Below, one piece after another: positions 51,132-62,625 of a stretch of 64,000 nucleotides of DNA; position 1 is the first letter of the stretch; the number at the start of each line of letters is the position of its first letter. Source of the DNA: Anolis carolinensis (taxonomy: Eukaryota); the NCBI RefSeq assembly GCF_035594765.1, contig NW_026943823.1, positions 14,322,001-14,386,000 of the forward strand, in the 5' to 3' direction. The position numbers and the translations under genes were made by a program. The notes beneath the pieces are model-generated. The model saw only the letters and a program-made list of their open reading frames with translations. It was not told the origin of the DNA and searched no databases.

Positions 51132-52096
51132 CTGGAAAGAGAAGACAGACTGGTCAGAAGCAGGCAGTCTAGAGCAGGTCTTCTTCAACTTTTCCTACTT
51201 GGGACCCCTTTCTGCTTTATGTAACTCTGGGTATGTAGGTGACTATAAAATAGATATAAAAGATACAATATAAATATTCAATATACATATCAAATTATAT
51301 ATAATGTTACTAAGAATATATAATTTGATATGTACATTGAAATGGTGATGGCTTTTGATATTATTCACAATAAAAACATATTTTTAAAAATAGATATAAA
51401 ATCCAAATATTTACTGACAAGAAATCAGTGTTTGCAAGGCTTGCTAAAAAGTTAGGTTGATTTTCTTTTCTGTGATGTACAGCTGAAACATCTTCTTCAG
51501 GATCTGCAACAGATTTATGTAAATGTCTAAAACGTTGTCAAATTTTCCATGACCCAACATTGAGCTCAGGGAACCCTATTTGGGGTCAGGGCCCACAGTT
51601 TAAGAGATGCCCCCCCATATCACCGCCTTCAAGCTAAGCCTGTGTAAGCTAAGCAGGCTTGGACCCAGTTTGTGCTTGGATGGGATGCCATGGGATAGGA
51701 AGAAGACAACCAAGGAATGGTGCATTAGATGTTAAGACAGGGGTCTTTATTATAGCCTTTGAGAGCTATAATTAGTTCAACCGTCTCAAGGAGAACCTTA
51801 ACTAAGTAATTTCTCCAGGTCTGAAGCCCCTTTCAATGTTGATGTAAATATCAATCATTAACAGAATGGCCTTCCTTCTCCCCATGCAGCTAATGCCTAG
51901 TCATGTAGGTTGAAGGAGTGAGTTGGGGTCATTACAATAAGGTCAACATAATGACTAAGTAGTGATCATGAATATGCGCTCCATGCAGTCATGTCTGCCA
52001 CATGACCTTGGAGGTGTCCACAAACTGCTTAGGGGAGGAAGGTGGACTACAATTCCCAAAACTTCCAACCACCTTTACTGGAGGAGTCTGAAAGCT

Positions 52097-53141
52097 GTAG
52101 CCTACAACACAGAGAAACGTAAAAAAAAAAGAAAGTATGGTATATAGTATGTAAGTACTGTAGGTGATGTAATATTATCTTCTATATAAACAACTTTTAG
52201 TGGCACTTGTTATACAAGCTGCAAACGAAGAGAATTATGGTGTCGTATTTAACATCAGTATCAACTGGGTTTGGCTAGAAACAGTGGTAGATCATAGCCC
52301 CGTCCCTATGGAATCTCTTATGTTTAGTAGTAGTATATATTGCAATGAATCTAACAATATCTTTAGGGTTAGATGAATAGGTCTAACCCTAAAGATATTG
52401 TTAGATGACTGGTATCCAGGAGCTACTCTAAGAAGAACTTATACAGATGTTATATTAATTACTGAACTATCTTTTTCCACGCTCCAGCAACACTTGAGAA
52501 CACTATCAAGAGGGCAGTAGATTCTGCTTATTTTTCATTTACTCGATTTGACAAGATTGATATCAAACTAGAGACTACAACAGCTTTATGTTAAGGCTTA
52601 TGTGAAGGGTTGCCTTATCTGCATGTTAAGAACTGTTTATTTGACTCGATTCAATACTGAGACAGCAATTTTTATTGTTCTCAAGTCAACTATAAGACTT
52701 TGTTTTGGTTTTTATGGTTGACAATATTGGCACTTAAACCATTGATAGGAATAGTTTTTCCACAATACCTTTACAAGTGTTGCTAAATGTATTCCTTTGT
52801 GTTAAAGAACTACACTAATGTAGTGGATGAGAATACAAATAGTGGATACCTTGAGTAAAGTATTCATTGCAATATATACTACTACTAAACATAAGAGATT
52901 CCATAGGGACGGGGCTATGATCTACCACTGTTTCTAGCCAAATCCAGTTTATACTGATGTTAAATACGACACCATAATTCTCTTCGTTTGCAGCTTGTAT
53001 AACAAGTACCACTAAAAGTTGTTTATATAGAAGATAATATTACATCACCTACAGTACTTACATACTATATACCATACTTTCCTTTTTTTACGTTTTTCTG
53101 TAGATTATAGACACCTGCGTTTTTGAGTAGCCTACAACACA
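52097..53141. repeat. Fold-back insertion: ~240-bp inverted arms, 25-bp hairpin, 15-bp flanking direct repeat
   Basis: arms ~52110-52350 / 52862-53101; gtagcctacaacaca on both sides. Confidence 0.85.
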
Positions 53142-53361
53142 CCAAAACAAACTCCAAGAAATGCTGGGGAAAAACAGCTTCTGTTGGCTCATTATTATTA
53201 CTTCTACCAAATGCCCAAAGCATATGGATAGAGGTATCATTCTGAAGAGGCAGTAGGGAGACAAAAAGGAGAAAGGGCCCAGAGAAATAAATGAAAACAG
53301 TAGATACATCCAAGGTAACAGATTCACTTCATAGAAAGGCACTTGGCACCGAGACTCTTAC

Positions 53362-53842
53362 CTGGTAGGTCTTCCTCCATAGATGGGGTGGTCAACACCA
53401 AGTCCATGGTGGAGTTGGCTTGGGTGGTCCATCCTGTCTGGGTAGTCTCTTCCACTTGGGTGGTCTGTCCTATTTGGTTGGCCTGGGTTACTCCCACCAC
53501 CCCTCTGGCTTGGGCACCTCTCTCTCCTTGAGCTTTCCTCAGGCCTTGGTTGCCCACTAGGCTTCTGGTGGCCACCTTTCGCTGTTCACTGCCCACACAC
53601 TGCTTCTGGTCCAGGCGGAACTCCTTGGAGGAGCAGCAGTAGGGAGCAGCGCAAGTCCCACAGCAAAACCTGGCATCCGCTTCATCATTTTGGTCGGGAC
53701 ACTGGAAAGTGAAGACAGTGGCAGAAGAGGCACCTGCCCCATAGGACCAGAAGCGGCATATGTCGCCTGCTATTTCGGCTTCTCCAAGCTGTCCAGCTGG
53801 AGCAAAGATGAGCAAAAGGCTCCACCAGAGAGTTTTCCCCAT
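53362..53842 (-). CDS. Shisa-like cluster gene 5, exon 1 (signal + Shisa domain + Thr/Gln stalk)
   Basis: MGKTLWWSLLLIFAPAG; DIC..FQCP..ARFCCGTCAAPYCC..RLDQKQC; donor G|GTAAGA, phase 1. Confidence 0.9.
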
Positions 53843-53948
53843 AGCAAATTTCTCAGGCAATAGAGCTACCCCAGTGCCTTTCCCCTCCTTTCCCCCCACC
53901 CCCTCTAAAGGAGCCCCCAGGCAAAAGGGCGAGGGCCACCAGACCGGC

Positions 53949-54002
53949 TTTTATAGCTCAACAGTGCTTTCTTTCGCCTTGATGAGGCACCTGGCCTCAA
54001 TC
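53949..54002 (-). promoter_or_regulatory. Gene 5 promoter module
   Basis: GATTGAGGC-CAGGTG ... TATAAAA. Confidence 0.6.
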
Positions 54003-54050
54003 TGCACCCTTCCACCGAGAAGGCCTTTTTGAATATAGTGTAGTTGCACT

Positions 54051-54370
54051 AAGGTAAGGGTTTTCCCCTGACATTAAGTCCAGTCGTGACCAGCTCTGGG
54101 GGTTGATGCTCATCTCCATTTCTAAGCCGAAGAGCCGGCATTGTACGTAGACACCTCCAAGGTCATGTGGCCGGCATGACTGCATAGAGCGCCGTTACCT
54201 TCCCGCCGGAGCGGTACCTATTGATCTACTCACATTTGCATGTTTTCGAACTGCTAGGTTGGCAGGAGCTGGGGCTAACAGCGGGCGCTCATTCCGCTCC
54301 CGGGATTTGAACCTGGGACCTTTCGGTCTGCAAGTTCAGCAGCTCAGCGCTTTAACACACTGTGCCACCA
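54051..54370 (-). mobile_element. Sauria SINE
   Basis: same family consensus. Confidence 0.82.
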
Positions 54371-55899
54371 CCAGGGCCCCCTAGGTGCATCTACACTGTG
54401 GAATTAACCCAGTTTGGCACCAAAGCTATAGAATCCTGGGAGTTGTAGCTTTACAAGGCCTTTAGTTTTCTCTACCAAAGAGGGCTGGTGTCTCACACAG
54501 CTACAACTCCCAGGCGTCCATAGCAATTAAAGTGGTCTCAAACTGCATTCATTCTGCAGTGTAGATGCATTCCCTCCTCAGCAAGAAGGGGGAATTGTAT
54601 CCTATTTTGTAGGAATTACTGGGGGTGGGAGGGCAGAGAAGCAGGTTTGGACTACAGCTCTCAGAATTCCCACAAACCTGACCATGGGGTTGGAATGCTG
54701 GGGATTGTAGTCCCTCCAAAGTAAAGTTTTTCAAAGCATGCTTCTGAGTATAAAGGTAATTGGGTTGTAAACATATTGAGTGTGTTTCAGCCAAGACGTT
54801 TATGGCTGCCCTAAGGTGAACTTAGCAATTGTTGGTTTTGTCTTCTTCTGAGGCCGAGGGAGTGTGTCTCCAGCATCCCAGTCCAATGCTCAAACCAATA
54901 CATTGTGCTCTCTTTCGTGGTGCTAAAGAAGGGTAACAAAGGCAAACAAGGAGTCCTTGAAAAGGGGATTTCAACAGGTGAAGCTTGGTCTACAAACTAA
55001 GTGAATCCCATTCCTGTCCCTCAATACGATCATGTTTCCAGTGAACCTCATTTCCAAGGGAGTTAGATTTTTTCCTAGTACGGTAATATATGGCAATGAA
55101 TGATCTCTCCCCACTCCCGAATGCAGAAGTTGTTTCAGGTGGCTCAAACTCTTGAAGGAGCCACTGATTCTGCATCTACTCTGTAGAATGAATGCAGTTT
55201 GACACCACTTGAACTGCCATGGTTGTATGCTATAGAGTCAGCACTCTTGGACAGAGATTATGAAAGGCCTTGTAAAACTACAACTCCCAGGATCTCCTAG
55301 CATTGAGCCACGGCAGTTCAAGTGCTGACAAACTGCATCTCTTCTACAATGTATATGCATCCTTAGACTGGCATCAACAGAGAACTGGCAGCCCTGTTCT
55401 AAAAAAAAACAAACACTGGTCCATCCTATGTGGTCATCCTGCAGCTCTCCAGATTTCATTGGACTGCAAATCCCAACAGCATAGCCAATGGTGAAGAATG
55501 CTGTGTGTTGCAGTCACACCATAAGAACCACTTCCTGGTGAACCCAGTTTAAAGCATTGCTTGGAAAAAAAATAGCAACAAATGTGTTTCATGGTGCTGC
55601 TTCCCGGCTGGGTTTCCTGGAAACTCTGGAATTTTTTTTTAAGTCTGCAGGAGAGGTTTGCTATCAGAGGTGCACTAACAAATATGCTCGGAATGTATTA
55701 AAGCAAAAGCTGTTGAAAGTCACAATGAACCCTAAACTACAAATCCCGGGTTTCTGTGGCAATTGGACTATAGAGTTGTCATTGTGTCCTATCAAAGGAG
55801 AGAAGGAAAATCGAGCGGGACCAAAAGTGTACCATATTAAAATATTGCTTGGTGGTTATTTCCATTCCTCTTTATGAGAAACTAGCTTGAGTTATTTAA

Positions 55900-56780
55900 T
55901 GGTACAAAATGCATAAGGATGTACATAAACTACAATTTCCCCAAATAAAGATGAATTTCCCCCAAAGACCTCCAGTCATTTTTGCTGGTCATGGGGGCTC
56001 TATGCCAAGTTTGGTCCAATTCCATCCTTGGTGAAGTTCAGAGAGCTCATTGATTGCAGGTGAACTATAAATTCCAGTACCTACAACTCCAAAATGCCCA
56101 GACCAATTCCCCTCAAAACCCACCAGTATTCAAATTTGGGCATATCGAGTAAGCATGCCGGGTTTGGCTCAGATCCATCATTGTTTGGTTTCATAGTGTG
56201 CTCTGGATATAGGTGAACTATAACTCCTATAAATCTCTCCAAAGACCTCCATGGGGGTTCTGTGTGCCAAGTTAGTTCCAGGTCCATCGTTGGTGGGGTT
56301 CAGAATGCTCTTAGATTGCAGGTGAACTATACATCCCAGTAACTACAACTCCTATAAATCACCATGAATTCTCCCCCAAATCTGTAGTATATTCAGTTGC
56401 TGATCAATTCCTCTGTTTGCTGTGTGCCATAGGAAAGAATAGGACAGGGTTATGGGAGAGGCAGTGGGCGGTGTCATGCAAATTCCACACCAATGGAGAG
56501 AGTCAGAAACACTGGGATGTCCGAGATGGAGGAAAAACAGAAAATCTAGAAGGAAATTGTCCCTGTATGAAAGCCTTCACTTGGAGGATGCAAAGTATGG
56601 TGTTTGTGGAGGACATTGGTAGGGTTCTTGTACATGTTCATGGCGCTCACTATAACCTGCAATGTCATTGGAGGGAGGGCCATTAGTGTCCCCTTAGTGG
56701 GAGTTATAGCTATTTGAGGAAGCGGGAAGTGGACACCCCAGCCACACACATACATACATATTTTCACTTTTATTACGTGT
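55900..56780. mobile_element. Helitron/Helentron-like repeat with internal subrepeats
   Basis: repeated ccaagtttggtcc / gcaggtgaactata units; catacatacata..ttttatta end. Confidence 0.4.
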
Positions 56781-57967
56781 ACAGGATTGGCCAGGAATAT
56801 TGTGAATCTTTGCCACTGATTTTGTTGAAAGAGATAGAACCATCCCTTTCTCCCTCCAGATGTTAGAGGTTAGCAATACTCAGGAGCAGAGGCTAAGAGA
56901 ATTGCAGACTTGAAACATTCAGAAAGACTGCCAACATCGTGAGATGTAACTGGAGAGAACTATGGAATTTCTCTCTGGATGTCTGTCTTCTAGCATGGCT
57001 GTATGGTCAACCTCTGATGGAAGCTGACCATAAAATAGCCCTGGAGAACCAAGAGATTTCTAAAGAGAACATATTTCATTAATAACTCTATGCTCACATT
57101 TAAAAGCATGACTTTTTATTCCAAATATCGCAAGACGCATTCCCTGAAGCACCCAAGGCTTACGCAGTTGAGGGGGAAAAGGAAGGGGCCTGAGGCTGTT
57201 AGGAATTGTGGGAATTGAAGTCCAAAACACCTGGAGGGCTCAAGTTTACCCATGCCTGGTATATTATATACACCCTGTGCTCACACTACACAGCTATGGT
57301 GGTACAAATCTCAAGATCCCATAAGCAACTCCCATAACAGTCAGTTATGGGATCGTGGGATTTGTAGTGTGGTGAGGTCCTCTATTGCCATTCAGGAGAC
57401 AATGACTTTTATGCTTGGATTCTTCAGATGTTTTGGACCCAGAATCCATAAGTATTTTCCATTCTAGCTGAGATTTCTGGCATTTCAAATCCAAAGCATC
57501 AGAAGGTCTGCCCAGAGGTCATCTTGCCACCAAACTACAAATCCCAGGTTGCCTTAAGCTTGGTAGTTAATGTGTAGAGTACATGAACTCTTAAAAGTAT
57601 AATCAGATACTAGGTGATTCAGTTCTAAGGTCCAAAAACCAAGACGGGGGCGTCTGCAGGTATTGGAAGGCTCAGCATTAGATCTCTCCCTTTCCAAACT
57701 TTACTCGTCTCCTTCTGTGGAAGAATCAGAAATATGAGTGGGAACGTTTCTATGCACCAGGGACCCAAAGGCCATTTCACCCTCTGGGTATTTGGGAGTC
57801 ACGAGGCCTAAGTAAATAACAGGTGTGGGCAGGCGTCTGCCCCAGGGTCTTTGGGGTCTTCTTCAGAATAAGGCGGTGGTGGATTGTCATGTGGATGCTG
57901 ATGGAGGAGCTGCGTCAGGTCCTCCTAACTACCTCAATGCCTGGTTTATGCAGGTGACCATATCAGA

Positions 57968-58538
57968 CACATAGAATCATAGAATCCTAGTTAGAAGAGA
58001 CCTTGTGGGCCATCCAGTCCAACCCCCTGCCAAGAAGCAGGAAAATCACATTCAAAGCACCCCCCAACAGATGGCCATCCAGTCTGTTAAAAAAACCTCC
58101 TAAGAAAGAGTCTCCATCACACTCTGGGGCAGAGAGTTCCACTGCTGAACAGCTCTCCTTACAGTGAGAAAGTTCCTTCCTAATGTTCAAGTGGAATATT
58201 CTTTCCTGTCGTTTGAAGCCATTGTTCTGCGTCCAAGTCTCCAGGGCAGCTCCTTCCTCCCTATGACTTCCCCTCACATCTTGATCCATGGTCCTCATCA
58301 TGTCTCCTCTCAGCCTTCTGCAGGCTAAACATGCCAAGCTCTTTAAGTTGCTCCTCTCAGGACTGGTTTTCCAGACCTTTGATCCTTTGTCGCCCTCCTC
58401 TGGACACATTCCAGCTTGTCAACATCTCCCTTCAATTGCAGTGCCCAGAAGTGGACAGTGTGATTCCAGGTGTGGTCTGACCAAGGCAGAATAGAATAGA
58501 GGGGTAGCATGACTTCCCTGGATCTAGGCGCTAGACTC
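57968..58538 (-). mobile_element. CR1 LINE 3' fragment
   Basis: degenerate RRLRGDM..FHLNIRK ORF2 end and (attctatg)n tail; other CR1 tails at ~29065-29505 and 45040-45175. Confidence 0.78.
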
Positions 58539-59636
58539 TTACCGCTCCTGCCTCCCAGTGGTTGACTCCCTCATGATGGTGGACTCCAGCACCTCTGAGG
58601 ACGGGAAGAGTGCCCGAGGCAGGCAGGGTGAGCAGCGGTTGATGGGGAGTAATGGTCTGCCAGGTTGGGTCTTGGAAGTAATGGCAGAGTGAAATAGACG
58701 CCTCTTCCTCTTCTTTGTTCCTTTCAGGTCTGAGTTCAATGCTCTTGTGTTTGGCACCACAGCCACTTTGCTCCTTGTGGAATCGGAGATGGAGACATCT
58801 CTAGAATCTTTTGTGAGAGAAAGGGGGGCATTGATATGGGATTGTGTTGTCGAAGACTTTCATGGCTAGAAGCACTGGGTTGCTACGAGTTTTCTGGGCT
58901 GTAGGGCCATGTTCCAGAAGCATTCTCTCCTGACATTTCGCCCACATCCATGATAGGCTCAGAGGTTGAGAGACAACCTCAGAGGTTGTGAAGTCTGTTA
59001 AAAACTTGTCAAGTGGACAATGTCAACAGAAACATGAAAATGAACAAAATCTGGCTACCAGTATTTAAAAACTCTAAAATCAAGACAGTAAATAAAAAAC
59101 AACACTCAAAAAGCAGGGGAATCCAGACAAGAAACAATCAGGGCCAGCTAATCACCTCCCAACACCTTCCTCCAGGCAGGAAGTAGCCAGGCCTTGAAAA
59201 TGCAAGGCTTTTCAATGCTAATCAAAGTAGCCAATTGCAACATTCACACTTGCTTCCAACAGACAAGAGTTCTTTCTCCCACCCTGGACATTCCACAGAT
59301 TGCACTTTTTACCTTTGTCAACTTGATAAAGACACAGGGTCTACTCCCATCCCAATTTGCACTTCCAAGAATTTGTAGCACTTTATCAGTCACCTTGTGT
59401 TTACAATATTTATATGGTGCACCTTACCCATTCAACTTTTACAACCTCTCCGTTTTAATCCGTTTTTATTAGTTCTTGTCATTTGTTTTTATTGGCTAAT
59501 GTTTAAATTTTTATAACTGTGCATGTCTCTTGTCTATTGTTATGTTTTATATTGCTATTGTTTTTATTCGGGCTTGGCCCCATGTAAGCCGCCCTGAGTC
59601 CCCTTTGGGGAGATAGAGGCGGGGTATAAAAATAAA

Positions 59637-59652
59637 GTTGTTGTTGTTGTTG

Positions 59653-59721
<69 letters not shown>
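59637..59721. repeat. (TTG)n(TTA)n microsatellite
   Basis: direct reading. Confidence 0.95.
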
Positions 59722-59725
<4 letters not shown>

Positions 59726-60195
59726 AAACCCACTTGCCTAGTTTCCAACTGGCCCCACAACCTTTGAGGACGCCTATCATGGATGTGGGTGAAATGTCAG
59801 GAGAGAATGCTTCTGGAACATGGACCTACAGCCCAGAAAACTCATAGCAACCCAAATATTGGGGTTTGTATAGGTTTTCTTTTCTCTTTATTGGAGGGTG
59901 AGCGGAGGGCTTTGGGAAGCTGAGAGGAGTTTTTTGAGGGAAGGGGGCGAGAGGGAGGGGTCACTGATATTGGGGTTTGTTTCAATGTGTTTATTTGTTT
60001 GTTTGAGGGGGAGGGCTGAGGGAGGGAGGGAAGTCATTGATATTGGGGTTCGTTCGTATAGGATTCTATTCCTTCCCCACTGACTCCAGGGCCCCTTCCT
60101 CTCCATTCCTGGGGTCTCCAAACAATGCATGCATTTTGGGGGAACAGTACCCCTGGAAAAACCCAACCACGTAGAAATTGCAAGAGAGAAGTCTC

Positions 60196-60567
60196 TTAGT
60201 TCTCGTCACTCAGCTCAAGATCTTCCCAGTCTAAGGCGCTCATGTCCTCAGGAGATAGGTCCCCTCCGCTGTCGCTCCGGCATCTTTCTGGGGGCCGCCG
60301 CTCGACGTCGAGGATCACCGACTGGGGCACAGTAAGGACACAGGCTGCCACCCCCGAAATGCTGTTCTCCAGAGAGGGACCGTCGCCCCATCGGTCCTGG
60401 TGGGCGTCGTAAATGTGGACACCAGCCGAGAGGCGGCCGTGGTTGTGGGACCGGCCTCCTAAGACATAGATGCGGTGGTCGAGGGCTGCGATGCCCAGTT
60501 CACCGTGTCCAGCTGGAAGAGGGGACACCATCGTCCATTGCGCTGAGTTCGGGGAGTAGCAGGACAC
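60196..60567 (-). CDS. KLHL22: Kelch-like protein 22, last coding exon
   Basis: ttctag| VSCYSP..PLPAGHGELGIAALDHRIYVLGGRSHN..LENSISGVAACVLTVP..DWED..*; KLHL22-type C-terminus. Confidence 0.93.
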   Translation of the reverse strand: MSCYSPNSAQWTMVSPLPAGHGELGIAALDHRIYVLGGRSHNHGRLSAGVHIYDAHQDRWGDGPSLENSISGVAACVLTVPQSVILDVERRPPERCRSDSGGDLSPEDMSALDWEDLELSDEN

Positions 60568-61053
60568 CTAGAACAATGACAACAAAATGATATAATCAGT
60601 AGGCATTTTTTCTGGTGGCCGTTTATTATGAGATTCAACTTGGGTAAAGAGACTGAGATTTCAAAAGTGTGAATCTTATAAACAGAAAGTTTTGAGAATA
60701 CAGCAGAGTCTCACTTATCCAACATAAACAGGCCGGCAGAATGTTGGATAAGTGAATATGTTGGAGAATAAGGAGGGATTAAGAAAAAGCCTATTAAACA
60801 TCAAATTAGGATATGATTTTACAAATTAAGCACCAAAACATAATGTTATACAACAAAATTGACAGAAAAAGTAGTTCAATACGCAGTAATGCTATGTAGT
60901 AATTACTTTATTTATGAATTTAGCACCAAAATATCACAATGTACTGAAAACATTGACTACAAAAATACGTTGGATAATCCAGAACGTTGGATAAGCGAGT
61001 GTTGGATAAGTGAGACTCTACTGTACTTGAATCAATACTTATATGAGCCTCAC

Positions 61054-61287
61054 CTCGAGGACATCCTGCCGGAAGCCACAATCGGTATTGCTCCCACCAA
61101 TGACATAAAGCTTCCCCAGCAAGGCCACCATGCCGTGCCAGGCGCGCCGGAAGGGGCTATCAGGTAGAGTGGCCCAGCAATTCGTCCCGGGGTCGTAGCA
61201 CTGGAACTCCTTGAGGAACTCCTCTTCCCGCCTCCCGCAAGCGATGTACATCTTCCCATCCAAGGCGGCCCCAGCGTGGGCAAAAAC
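61054..61287 (-). CDS. KLHL22: Kelch-like protein 22, penultimate exon
   Basis: cgcag| VFAHAGAALDGKMYIACGRR...RRAWHGMVALLGKLYVIGGSN...DVLE|gtgag; 234 bp. Confidence 0.93.
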
Positions 61288-61474
61288 CTGCGTCCATTGG
61301 AAAGAAGAAAGGAGAATTGCAGCAGGAGGCAGAAAGAGCGAGTAAATATAATATAATGCAATAATTATTAAAGATTTCACTGGGTGATAGAACAAGAAAA
61401 CAGGAAAATGTTATTTATATATATATATATATTGTATATATTATATCTATATATTTAATCCTAAACTAATAATA

Positions 61475-61798
61475 GGAGCCCCAGTGGCGAAGTGTGTTAA
61501 AGTGCTGAGCTGCTGAACTTGCAGACCGAAAGGTCCCAGGTTCAAATCCTGGGAGTGGAGTGAGCGCCCGCTGTTGCTCCAGCTTCTGCCAACCTAGCAG
61601 TTTGAAAACATGCCAATGTGAGTAGATCAATAGGTACCACTCCGGCAGAAAGGTAACAGCGTTCCATGCAGTCATGCCGGCCACATGACCTTGGAGGTAT
61701 TTACGGACAACGCCGGCTCTTCAGCTTAGAAATGGAGATGAGCACCAATCCCCAGAGTCAGACATGACTGGACTTAACGTCAGGGGAAACCTTTACCT
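61475..61798 (+). mobile_element. Sauria SINE (KLHL22 intron)
   Basis: same family consensus. Confidence 0.82.
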
Positions 61799-61822
61799 AA
61801 CCTAATAATAGTATATAGTATT

Positions 61823-61824
<2 letters not shown>

Positions 61825-61888
<64 letters not shown>
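61825..61888. repeat. (TG)n(TA)n microsatellite
   Basis: direct reading. Confidence 0.95.
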
Positions 61889-61890
<2 letters not shown>

Positions 61891-62432
61891 CTTTCATTAT
61901 AATATGATATCTATATAAAAATACATATAAAATTATGGTATTAATAAAAATGTTATTAGATAACCATTGTTATTATACAACCAAAAGCACAAGTACCTGT
62001 TAGCCAAAATTACGCGATGATGAGGATTATTATTATTACAGGATATCACCGGGACTCTTAAAACAGCATTATGAGATTATTACTATATTATTATTAATTA
62101 TTATTATAAATTATAATTATTATTATAAATAATAATAATACAGGATATCACTGTGGATTTGGACACTGTTCCCATTAAAGTTTTGGGAGTATTATCCAAA
62201 ATCCACTGAGTGTCTTAGAATGCATAGCCCACAGATTCGGGGGTTGTAAAGCACTTGAATCTCCCCTTTCACAAATTTCCAGAAATTTGGTATGTTAATA
62301 AAAACCAGTCAAATCACAAGTCTGCCTCAGAGAGAAGAACATACGTGACATCGCAGTCTGTTCTCGACTATCCCCTGAAATGTTGCCCATATTGACCGCC
62401 CCTGACTTGTAGTGTCTTTCCAGTTCTATTAC

Positions 62433-62625
62433 CTCCTTCTGGAGGGGCGCCACGTACTCCCAGGTGTTCGTCCGGGGGTCGTAGCGCTCCACCTCGCGCA
62501 GGTCTTCGTGGTAGTTGCGTCCAGCTACTGCATAGATGTGTTCGCCCAAGACACAGACGGCCATGTCGGCATGCTCTTGCTGCAGGGACTGGATCTGGAA
62601 CCACCGATTGTGACGAGGGTCATAC
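62433..62625 (-). CDS. KLHL22: Kelch-like protein 22, internal kelch exon
   Basis: ggaag|G TAT GAC: YDPRHNRWFQIQSLQQEHADMAVCVLG...PLQKE|gtaat; recalled KLHL22 sequence. Confidence 0.92.
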
